Shown in pieces: positions 1 to 8,700 of a DNA stretch of 64,000 nucleotides. Source of the stretch: Candidatus Uhrbacteria bacterium. Lineage in GTDB: Bacteria; Patescibacteriota; Patescibacteriia; UBA9934. A model generated the notes under the pieces. That model made no database searches. It saw only the letters and a program-made list of their open reading frames with translations, and was not told where the DNA came from. Each line of letters opens with the position of its first letter. Within the stretch, counting starts at the first letter, position 1. The position numbers were made by a program, and so were the translations under genes. The stretch lies in assembly GCA_963822405.1 (NCBI GenBank), contig CAWGHH010000002.1, forward strand, positions 198,002-262,001, written 5' to 3'.

Positions 1-139
1 ATGTTTTTAGCAGAATGTCAACCGAAAGATCAAATAATTTAATTAAAAAATTAGCTAACACTTGACAAATACTAAAAAATACAAGAAACTTCGCTCGGCT
101 CGACAAAGGCTCGTATCTATCCCACAAATGGAGGGCCAG

Positions 140-928
140 ATGAAAACCGCGATCGTTACCATCTGTAACCAACAGTATGCGGCTCTGCTGAGCCACTGGC
201 TGTCTGCGATTCGCAGCCTGACGGACATGCCAGTAGCTATACTGTGTCTCAATGGCTTCATCCCGGAGGTGAATCACCCCTGCCTAATCATTGAAGTCTC
301 GAGTGAAGGAAATCCTTTTACGCCAGATCTGCCGGATTACGCATGTGCGGAAAAGCTGAGAATCTTCAAGCATCTTCCGGACATCGATCGTATCCTGTTC
401 ATTGATCTCGACGCGTGGGTCATTCGTGCTTTCTGGAAAGATCAGCCGTATTTTGAACTGTGCGCCGAAAGGTTCATCGCCGCTCAAGATTTTTTCGTGG
501 GTTACAAGGAAAAAATGGTAATGGAGTTTCGTCCCTACGACCCAACGTTCCAGATGCGCTATCTACCTGACGGCTCCTTCTACTACATAAATACGGGCGT
601 TTTTTTCGCCTCGCGTGACAAGCACGCCGTATGGTTTTCCAAATTCATGGAAATTTGGAAGGAATACCTGGACACAGTTGGCCAGCGTCCGTCGATCTTT
701 GATCAAAATCTGATCAACTACTGCCTGATTCGTTTCCGTGAACAGATCCCCACGATACACATGCCTATCACAAACAACTGTATTCGTCAGTACGAGAAGC
801 AAACTATCGATGAAGGGATCCTACGACTGAACGGTGAGCCGATAAGCGTATACCATTTTAATGGCGGAGATGCCGAGAAAAAGGTGGAGCGCTGGGTGAA
901 GCTAAAAGAAGTACTGAAGAAGGCATGA
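140..928 (+). CDS. Putative nucleotide-diphospho-sugar glycosyltransferase (GT-A fold, DxD motif)
   Basis: The ORF 62..928 has a GGAGGG Shine-Dalgarno-like motif at 131-136, 3-4 nt upstream of the ATG at 140 (MKTAIVTICNQQYAALL...). The motif ILFIDLDAWV is a typical DxD of GT-A glycosyltransferases (GT8/GT32-like). The family assignment is inference. Confidence 0.5.
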   Translation: MKTAIVTICNQQYAALLSHWLSAIRSLTDMPVAILCLNGFIPEVNHPCLIIEVSSEGNPFTPDLPDYACAEKLRIFKHLPDIDRILFIDLDAWVIRAFWKDQPYFELCAERFIAAQDFFVGYKEKMVMEFRPYDPTFQMRYLPDGSFYYINTGVFFASRDKHAVWFSKFMEIWKEYLDTVGQRPSIFDQNLINYCLIRFREQIPTIHMPITNNCIRQYEKQTIDEGILRLNGEPISVYHFNGGDAEKKVERWVKLKEVLKKA

Positions 929-950
929 TAGATCACCGTTAAGGATTGAG

Positions 951-979
951 CCGGCGGACGCGTATCCGTCGGTTTTTTT
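951..979 (+). terminator. Rho-independent terminator (GC hairpin plus T7 run)
   Basis: The sequence ccggcggacgcgtatccgtcgg is followed by ttttttt directly after the stop at 928. Confidence 0.55.
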
Positions 980-1048
980 GTTCAGAGTTTTCATTGTTTT
1001 CAGCCTTAGATATTCGGTTGTATTATCAGTAGAGTAAGTGATTATTTA

Positions 1049-1363
1049 ATGGGATGTTATTGGTATCAGCTGGTGCATGGAAGCTGCGCAGATAGATGGA
1101 TCATTTCCAGAGAAATAATCGATGAAAATTGGATCCGTTACCCCCTGGCAACGTCTGCAAAGATGGCTGATCGGGTGATATCGATTGAGATACTATTTTT
1201 CCATTGTGAAACTTGGGATGATTATACGGCTTCCACATTTTTGTATCGCAGTTCTAACATCCTCCACGACGTGGAGTCAATAAATGCTTCAGCAGAAATG
1301 TTGGGGTTTTGTTATAGTTTTTGCGCTACCCAATGTGAGGTCGAGCTGATAGAATGGCATTAA
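1049..1363 (+). CDS. Hypothetical protein (104 aa)
   Basis: ORF track only; no recognisable motif. It starts just after the terminator and ends 4 nt before the next gene. Confidence 0.3.
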   Translation: MGCYWYQLVHGSCADRWIISREIIDENWIRYPLATSAKMADRVISIEILFFHCETWDDYTASTFLYRSSNILHDVESINASAEMLGFCYSFCATQCEVELIEWH

Positions 1364-1367
1364 TACT

Positions 1368-2177
1368 ATGAGTTATTCTTTTTCTTTCACCCAATTCCCC
1401 ACAAAAGAGTTTAACGAACTTTGGGATGATTTTGTTCGTGGCAAGATGTCTGAAAAAATTGGAGAGAAGATTTTGGAACTTCAAAATAAACAGGAGGAAC
1501 TTTTGAAACTTCCCAGATTTTCGCAAAAGACCTTTTATGAGGATCGTGAAGAATGGGTGCGATGCCAGAAGAATTTTGAGGCAGCGAAGTTAAACGAAGA
1601 GCAGGTAGGTTCTTGGCAGTCGCTCAAGATAACGATCGCTGAACAAGAGAGCTACTTGCAACAGGCAACGAGCGAAAAAGAAATTCGGAAGATTGTAAGA
1701 GACGCTCTCGAAATATTCATGGGATTATTTGGTAAGGATAATGCCTATGCCCCAAGAATTCTTTTTGTGGCTGATTGCGACACGTATTCCGATTCCGCAA
1801 AAGGAAACGGATATGCGTTCTTGCAACAGCTATATCGTCGGGTGCACGGCGTCAATCTCGAAGATATAAAAGAGATGCCAACAAATGAACAGTGGTACAC
1901 ATTGTTTCAAGCGTTAAAACCCGAATTCGTAGAAGCAGAACTCAGCACGCTTTTTGCCGAGATTCACGTTTCGAAAGCAGAATACGAAGACACACGAACG
2001 GAATGTCTTCAGTTTTTGCATATTCTGAAAGGTTTACTGAAAGGCTGCTTGGATCGAAAATGGGACTTATGGTTTAGTAGTGAATTTCAAGCGATTGACC
2101 TTGAAGAAAAACAGAAAAAGATTCTAGAAAATTCCTGCACCAAAGCAACCCTCGCCAGTAAAAGGTTGTCTAAATGA
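1368..2177 (+). CDS. Hypothetical protein (269 aa)
   Basis: Long ORF with a non-repetitive protein-like composition and no recognisable family. It is tightly linked to its neighbours in the same orientation. Confidence 0.5.
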   Translation: MSYSFSFTQFPTKEFNELWDDFVRGKMSEKIGEKILELQNKQEELLKLPRFSQKTFYEDREEWVRCQKNFEAAKLNEEQVGSWQSLKITIAEQESYLQQATSEKEIRKIVRDALEIFMGLFGKDNAYAPRILFVADCDTYSDSAKGNGYAFLQQLYRRVHGVNLEDIKEMPTNEQWYTLFQALKPEFVEAELSTLFAEIHVSKAEYEDTRTECLQFLHILKGLLKGCLDRKWDLWFSSEFQAIDLEEKQKKILENSCTKATLASKRLSK

Positions 2178-2196
2178 ATAGCTTAGCGCACATCCT

Positions 2197-3333
2197 GTGC
2201 CCTCGGTGCATAAGGTGATTCGTGAGTTCAAAGATGTATTAAAACAATTCAAGCACACTATGACCATGAAATCCATCATTATCCGAGGTCCACTCGGCGT
2301 TGGAAAAAGCACAGTCGCGAAAGCGGTAGCTGAGAAAATCGGAGGTATTTATATTTCGGTTGATGAAGTCATCGACCAAAACGGTTTAGACAAAACTGTT
2401 GAGGGCGAGGGTATTCCACTCGGCAATTTTCTTAAGGCGAACGAGATTATCGCTCTTGAAGCCAAGCAAGCGAATGACAAAGGGAAGCTGGTCGTTGTCG
2501 ACGGTAATTTTTATCACAAGGAGCAGATCGATCAGCTCGTTGATCTACTTGGAAAGGATGTAACCGTGTTTACACTCAAAGCCTCGGTTGAAACATGCGT
2601 CGCCCGTGATGCCGCAAGAGCGAAGCCTTACGGCGAAGATGCTACACGAGCCGTGCATCGGTTCGTTACCGCATTCGATTACGGAACGATTATCGATACA
2701 GAGCAACTGACCGCAGAAGAGACCATCAAATCAGTAATGGAAATGCTGGATTCTCGACTTGCCAGTTTCTTCAATCGATTTCCACTTTTAGAAAAAACTC
2801 TTGCCATCCTGAACCAGGCAAAGATTCCTTTCGCTGTCGGTGGTAGTGGCTGTTTGTTTCTTCTTGGCAACGAGCGTTTGCCTGACGATGTTGATATCTA
2901 TCTACCAAATGATAAACACGACGAGGTAGACCGACTATTTGGCATTACCCCCTTTCTATATCGTTCAGAACAGGAAGAAGTTCGAAATTCTAACGTTGAC
3001 GGAGATCATACGATTCAGCTCACGAGCAATCTCATCCTAAAGATTGGCGGAAGGAATTACGATCTTGCGTTGATTCAGGATACGCTATCAATGCGTCTTG
3101 AGATGGAATACGCTGGGCAGAAAGTATTTCTGTATCCTCCGGAAGATGTTTTGCTTATTAAGGCTCTGCTTCAACGCGGACAAGATGTCGGTAAACATGA
3201 TATTGAGGATATTCAGAATTTCATAAAAATTTATCCAAATCTTCGGATGGATTATCTTGAAAAACGTATTTCCGAACTTGGGGCAGAAGAGCGCGTTGGC
3301 AATATCTTGTGTACGCGGATTCAAAAAAAGTAG
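2197..3333 (+). CDS. Fusion protein: N-terminal P-loop NTP kinase (AAA_33/zeta-toxin/CPT-like) plus C-terminal Pol-beta-superfamily nucleotidyltransferase
   Basis: A Walker A motif GPLGVGKST and a hhhhD Walker-B-like motif VVVDGNF place the N-terminus among small-molecule P-loop kinases. The C-terminal half carries VGGSGCLFLLGNERLPDDVDIYL, a GS...DxD pattern typical of minimal nucleotidyltransferases. The track start is a GTG at 2197; in-frame ATGs at 2260 and 2266 are alternative starts. Confidence 0.6.
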   Translation: MPSVHKVIREFKDVLKQFKHTMTMKSIIIRGPLGVGKSTVAKAVAEKIGGIYISVDEVIDQNGLDKTVEGEGIPLGNFLKANEIIALEAKQANDKGKLVVVDGNFYHKEQIDQLVDLLGKDVTVFTLKASVETCVARDAARAKPYGEDATRAVHRFVTAFDYGTIIDTEQLTAEETIKSVMEMLDSRLASFFNRFPLLEKTLAILNQAKIPFAVGGSGCLFLLGNERLPDDVDIYLPNDKHDEVDRLFGITPFLYRSEQEEVRNSNVDGDHTIQLTSNLILKIGGRNYDLALIQDTLSMRLEMEYAGQKVFLYPPEDVLLIKALLQRGQDVGKHDIEDIQNFIKIYPNLRMDYLEKRISELGAEERVGNILCTRIQKK

Positions 3334-3343
3334 ACTAAAGCAT

Positions 3344-3865
3344 ATGAAATCAGAATTTGGAGAACCGGTAGACGAGCAGATCCAATTAGAGCGAGAACTG
3401 GATGATGTGCGATTGAGTGACGGATCAACTCTGAAGGAGGAATTTCAAATTTTGAAAGAACGTATTTCCCTGGAGCTTCCGCCAAAGATTACGATTGTTG
3501 ATGTGGTTGTTTCTGAAACGGCTGATTTTCAGAAGATTTTGTTACAACTTAAAGCCTATTTAAAGATTCCCGACATTCAGGTGGTAGATTCCAGCTCGTA
3601 CGCCAGCTTTGAGCAGGCGGTTCTAGCTTCTAAAGATTTGGCAGTTATTTTGAAAGATGAAGCGACGAGCAAAGAGGCTAACCACCCGGGGTGGATTCAT
3701 TCCCAGGATCAGGGATTCAAGCAGGGTAGGGAGCTGAAGGACTTTATGGCTTCGACAAATAAAGTAGTAGTCCTGGTTCGCTATTGGGACGCTAAGGATG
3801 ACATGAAGCGCAAGAATATCCTCACGCTCAATGATTTTAACGACTCCACGATTCGTCCAGTTTGA
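3344..3865 (+). CDS. Hypothetical protein (173 aa)
   Basis: Track ORF 3257..3865 overlaps the upstream gene. The first ATG after the upstream stop is at 3344 (MKSEFGEPVDEQ...). No recognisable family. Confidence 0.45.
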   Translation: MKSEFGEPVDEQIQLERELDDVRLSDGSTLKEEFQILKERISLELPPKITIVDVVVSETADFQKILLQLKAYLKIPDIQVVDSSSYASFEQAVLASKDLAVILKDEATSKEANHPGWIHSQDQGFKQGRELKDFMASTNKVVVLVRYWDAKDDMKRKNILTLNDFNDSTIRPV

Positions 3866-3885
3866 GATAAGTCAGAATATCAAAT

Positions 3886-5010
3886 ATGAAAAAAGTAGCT
3901 TGTGGAATAATCTCGAGAATTAGGGAAGGCGGCAATAAAGAATATTTGCTTGTGAGTTCGACGAAGAACTTTGGGGAATATACTGGTTTCTATTATCCTC
4001 CGGGCGGTCATATTGAAGATGGCGAGAGTGTTCAGGAGGCGCTTATTAGAGAAGTACAGGAAGAGCTTAGTTTGCAAATTAAACCAAATGTAGAGATCAC
4101 GGTGACACCTGGAGACGTTCCAGATCAAGAGACGCATTGGTGGAGTTGTGAATTGATTGGCGGAAACCTAAAGCTTCAACAAGACGAAATCGCTGATGCA
4201 GGATTTTTTACGCGTGAAGAAATGGCTAAGATGAAGATCTGGCCGCAACAAAAAATTTATTTGCGAAGTATATTTCGAAGGTTTAATACAGGCCGTTTAG
4301 ATGGTAGAACATCGCTAATTTTAGATACTTTTCGTTTGACAATTCGACAGAGAATTGTTAGTCTTTTGCGACCGCTGACGACAACCAAAGATTCCAAACT
4401 TTTGTCGGTGGTCCTTCTTTCTAAAAAAGATCGAAGGGGGAATCAATTGAGCAAGAGGTCATTGATCATGACAACGGATAGGACGTTTACTTTTCCTGTG
4501 GCGGTCGCCGCTCTCCTGGAGTGCGGTGCCAAGATTCGTCGTCTTGGCTGGCGAACCAAATTCCACTTGGAGCTGGAGGATTACTCGATATACAGCTCCG
4601 CCGTCATCGTGCGTGTCGCGGACGATGGGAGCAATTCCCGCAATCCGTGGGGAGTTGTCACTGAAGATGATTCCACTGCTGATGATTGGGAGATCATTGA
4701 GGGAGGCGCGAACAGCGAGATCTCGGACGACTTTCGTCCCTCCGTGGGCACCTACGCCCATGCCCTACAATGTCTTCTTGCAGGTTCTCCGGCTATCCGC
4801 ATGTCGGCCGGCTGGCACCCCGCGATGAAGATCTTGCTGGTCGACGGTCAGATCAAGATCGAAGATCGGATAGTCAGTATGGGCAAAGTCATGGTGCTCA
4901 CCCTGCCGAACGGTTCGTACAAGTACTACCGTCCGGCGCCCCAGGACCTGGCCTCGGCCTGGACCGTGATCGAGGAGGTCCGACCTGAACGTAAATCAGC
5001 TGAACCGTAA
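3886..5010 (+). CDS. Nudix hydrolase (N-terminus) continuing in-frame into a GC-rich tandem DUF2829-like (phage-type) domain
   Basis: A Nudix box GGHIEDGESVQEALIREVQEELSL lies in residues 40-63. Residues about 130-194 are a low-complexity R/L/T-rich linker. From the internal ATG at 4468 (MTTDRTFTFPVAVAALLECGAKIRRLGWR...) a second unit (TYAHALQCLLAGSPAIRMSAGWH) repeats the A..ALL.G..IRR.GW signature of the phage DUF2829 family. The DNA from about 4440 to 5010 is visibly much more GC-rich than the flanks. Confidence 0.55.
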   Translation: MKKVACGIISRIREGGNKEYLLVSSTKNFGEYTGFYYPPGGHIEDGESVQEALIREVQEELSLQIKPNVEITVTPGDVPDQETHWWSCELIGGNLKLQQDEIADAGFFTREEMAKMKIWPQQKIYLRSIFRRFNTGRLDGRTSLILDTFRLTIRQRIVSLLRPLTTTKDSKLLSVVLLSKKDRRGNQLSKRSLIMTTDRTFTFPVAVAALLECGAKIRRLGWRTKFHLELEDYSIYSSAVIVRVADDGSNSRNPWGVVTEDDSTADDWEIIEGGANSEISDDFRPSVGTYAHALQCLLAGSPAIRMSAGWHPAMKILLVDGQIKIEDRIVSMGKVMVLTLPNGSYKYYRPAPQDLASAWTVIEEVRPERKSAEP

Positions 5011-5057
5011 TCAGGAGGTTCGGCTCGAAGGTTACTTTCCGCTTAGCGATTACTACG

Positions 5058-5092
5058 GCCGCCCACGAGTCAAACTCTTGGGCGGCATTTGT
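5058..5092 (+). terminator. Rho-independent terminator
   Basis: The stem gccgcccacgagtcaaactcttgggcggc is followed by atttgtt. Confidence 0.5.
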
Positions 5093-5226
5093 TAAAATAG
5101 AATATTTATATACTGTCGGTGAGGGTGCGAATTCACGGGCTATTTTAGGAGGTGGTGTAATAAAACACGAAGTACATCGTTTAATGATAGACTAGGTGTA
5201 ATTTATCGTCGTTTTTTGCGTTATGT

Positions 5227-5796
5227 ATGAATGAGGAGGAGCACAAAAATTCCGAACTACAGGGAGCCGAGCTGATTCAGCGAGCAAAAGTTGACCAGCG
5301 TGCTTTCGAAGAACTTTATAACAAGTATTTTTCGGAATTGTATAGATATGTATTTAGGCGTGTCGGACATCGGGAAACTGCTGAAGACATCCTTTCAATC
5401 GCCTTTACAAAAGTATTCATAAGCCTTGATTCGTATACCGGTGACGAAAGGGGATTTAAATCGTGGTTGTACAAAATATCTACCAATTGCCTCATTGATC
5501 ATTATCGGAAACAGGGCGGGAGGAAAGAGACGCAAATTGAGACAGTCGAACATCTCTTAGAAAGTCAGAACACCGCAGACCAGGAAGTAAAAAGACAATT
5601 CACCAGGGCGGGTATTGACCACGCGCTCCGCAGGCTTTCAAAAGGGGATCAAGAAATAATTCATTTGAAATATTTTGCCGAGTATTCAAATCAAGAAATC
5701 GCCGAGCATCTCCGTATATCCGCGAACAGCTGCGGAGTAAAGATTTACCGAGCCCTGGCCAGGTTCAAGTCACTGTATACCTCTTATGATGAATAA
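5227..5796 (+). CDS. RNA polymerase ECF-type sigma-70 family factor
   Basis: Region 2 reads FEELYNKYFSELYRYVFRRVGHRETAEDILSIAFTKVF. The region 4 helix-turn-helix reads EIIHLKYFAEYSNQEIAEHLRISANSCGVKIYRALARFK. The stop TAA at 5794-5796 overlaps the ATGATG start of the next gene. Confidence 0.85.
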   Translation: MNEEEHKNSELQGAELIQRAKVDQRAFEELYNKYFSELYRYVFRRVGHRETAEDILSIAFTKVFISLDSYTGDERGFKSWLYKISTNCLIDHYRKQGGRKETQIETVEHLLESQNTADQEVKRQFTRAGIDHALRRLSKGDQEIIHLKYFAEYSNQEIAEHLRISANSCGVKIYRALARFKSLYTSYDE

Positions 5797-8700
5797 AAAA
5801 CGTGCTGAAGAATTAGAAAATGCCCTGAATTCAGGGGAAAATGCCGTTGAGCGTAATAATTCCAAATTACAGCCGTTATTAGAGGTAGACGAACTATTAA
5901 CAAAACACGTTTATCCTGATGAGGAGCCACGTTCCGACTTTAAAGAGCGGTTGTTGGCGTCTATAGCATCAGAACGAACTGCTCGCTCAAATCGTATGAA
6001 GCTCCCAAAGTTTTCCCTGCCACATGTCAGGTTTGCCGTGCCATTGCGTTGGTCTGCGGCTGTGGCGTTCGTTGTGCTGGTCTCGGTTGTTGTTGGATCA
6101 ACAGGCCTATTTCCGTTTGGCGGATCGCGTTTGGGGGACTTCAGCCGCCTGATTATTGATGAGGCCTATGCTCAAGATAACTTTGCCATTACCCCAACTG
6201 ACGGTGACACAACTGGTGTAAACGGCGCGTCAGGTTTTACTATTACGAGTCACGTTGATATCTCTCTTGAGGATCTTCGGAACAACATTCGTATTTCCCC
6301 TGAAACAGCCTTTAATCTCACCGCGGTAGACGCGAATACATTTTTTCTTGAGCCACTGACGGATCTCCAGGGTGGCCGGGTCTATACCGTGACTGTTGAC
6401 GCTTCTTACCAGAATTCTTCCGGGCAGTTATCTGAGCGTAATTATTCTTGGGCTTTCCAGGTAAAAGACTTATTTAAGGTTTTACATACCGTGCCAAGAG
6501 ATCTCTCTTCTGGCGTACCGACGGATACCGGAATTGAATTCACCTTTAGCTATCAAAATGTAGAGGGACTGAAGGACGCTTTTTCTATCACGCCCCAGGT
6601 TGATGGCCGGTTTGAAACTCATGGAAAAACTGTCGTTTTTGTTCCTAGCACCAGACTTTCCCCGGCGACTATTTACCACGTGTCTTTAGCTGATTCTGTC
6701 CGGGTGACTGGATCTGTGGAGAAATTACTTGAACCCGTTTCATTCCAATTTGAAACGAGTAGCGGGTCTTCGCAGTCTCACTTCAGCATTCAGGAGCCTA
6801 TGCTTGAATTTGCAACCAGCGATCAAGTAGTGATCCCGGTGTATAGCAGTGAAAAAGCAAAAAGCACCATCAGCACTAAAGTTTATGCGTTTAAGAGTGC
6901 AGATCAGTTTACTGACGCGCTTCGCGAACGAACGGAAATTCCTGTTTGGGCCCGAGCTTCGCGTGGAGCGCATACCGTAAAGACAACCAATCTCTCAGAA
7001 GTTTCTACTTCAGAGGCAAGCATCCAAACTGTTGGATATCAGAACTTTGTACCGCTGCCCGATGAATTAGGAGCGGGACTGTACCTGGTTGAGCTCCGAG
7101 AAGGCGCATACGCCTCACAAGTGCTTATTCAGATTACGGATCTGGCGGTGTATTCAGCTGTTACCTCTACAGATACGATTGTTTGGGTGAATGACACCTC
7201 TACTCGTGGCGCCGTGCAAAATGCCAAAATAGCCTCTCTTGATGGACGCTTGAACGCTTCAACGAACGTTGAAGGAGTTGCCGTCCTTAACGGCGCGGCC
7301 ATGCTTGAGGGCGTCCAGCATCCTTGGAATGTGAATGAATATATTACGGTAACCGCGGGTAATAAGCTGACCGTTGTCCAAATTGGTAAGTCGACAAATT
7401 ATTATTACATCGACACGGAATATACAAAGGATCAGTACTGGGACTATCTCTATACGGACCGGTCAATGTACCAGCCAACGGACACCATTTCTTTCTGGGG
7501 ATTTGTTCAAGGGCGGAATGGATCTACGCCAGGCACAGTGCGCGTCACGCTGGCAACTCAGTCTTACTATGATGATGCCGGTGAAACGATTCCGCTGTAT
7601 GAGGAGACTCTTCCAGTTGTTGGTGGAGCGTATACAGGCTCAACATCATTCTCTCGGTTGACGTCGGGTTCTTATGTCTTGAACGTGTATCAAAACGAAA
7701 CACAGATTGGCAGTCGGTATATTCGGGTAAATGAGTATGAGAAACCAGCCTACCAATTGAGTATCGAACCAGAGAAAAAGGCGGGCTTTGCTACGGAGTC
7801 TTTTGCCTACACGGTAGATGCATCGTTCTTTGAGGGAACACCTGTATCCAGTCTTCCGCTCAGCGCAAAATCATCAAATCGATCAACCATCTCTCCTCAG
7901 TTGACTACCACTTTGGACCAAGACGGGAAGGGCACCTTGACGTTTAAGACAAAATCACAAACCTGTGCCTTTGATAAGTCTTGCAGTCTTTACACCTACG
8001 GAAGCGTTTCTGTTCAGCCAACACTGGCGGAGGAGGCGGATATTGTGGCCTCAGCTCCGCAGATTGTTTTTAATTCCCGGGTGACGGCGGGTGTTTCTGT
8101 CGAGCGATCCGACAGTCAACTGATAACCACAACGGTGGATGCATTTAATATTGATCTTTTAAAGATTAACAAATCTGGGGGCAGCTATTATAGAGAAGAG
8201 GATTATCGTGGTTCTCTTGCGAGCGGAGTGCTGATTCGTGGTCAGATCACGGAAACATCCTACAGCCGCGTCCAAACGGGAGAGGTTTATGACTTCATAA
8301 ATAAAGTGCACTACCCGAAGTATCGGTATGATAGGCAGGAGAAGATTGTTGATACTTTTAATGGCACCACCGGGGCAGATGGTTCTTTTGCTGTCACATA
8401 CCAAGGCGCTGAGGACAAGAGTTACTCGGTGGAAGTGATTCTTCAAGATAAACAAGGAGGTGAGCATCTTCTCTCTGGGTGGAATTATGCAAATGAACGT
8501 TTCCGAGAATGGCGAGAATACGACTATTACAATATCGCGCGCGTTAAAGAAACAAATGCTTTCCGTTTAGGGGAGACGGCGGAGTTTGCCTTTCAGAAAA
8601 ATGGCGAGCCGGTAGTAGCGGATGCGGATGACTCTTTCCTTTTCTTGAAGCTTAAGGAGGGGCTCATAGATCATGAGGTGTCAAGGGATTCGCTCTACTC

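Noticed and set aside
4459-4988. Three overlapping track ORFs (4459-4761 minus, 4526-4828 plus, 4770-4988 plus) inside the 3' part of the Nudix/DUF2829 gene
   Set aside because: They lie in the GC-rich block where stop codons are rare in all frames. Their translations are Arg/Pro/Ala-rich with no motifs. The DUF2829-like frame is the coherent one.
3886-5010. Treating Nudix and DUF2829-like parts as two separate genes (3886 to about 4270 and 4468-5010)
   Set aside because: There is no in-frame stop between them, so I report the single ORF. The alternative is described in findings and cannot be resolved without reads or homologs.
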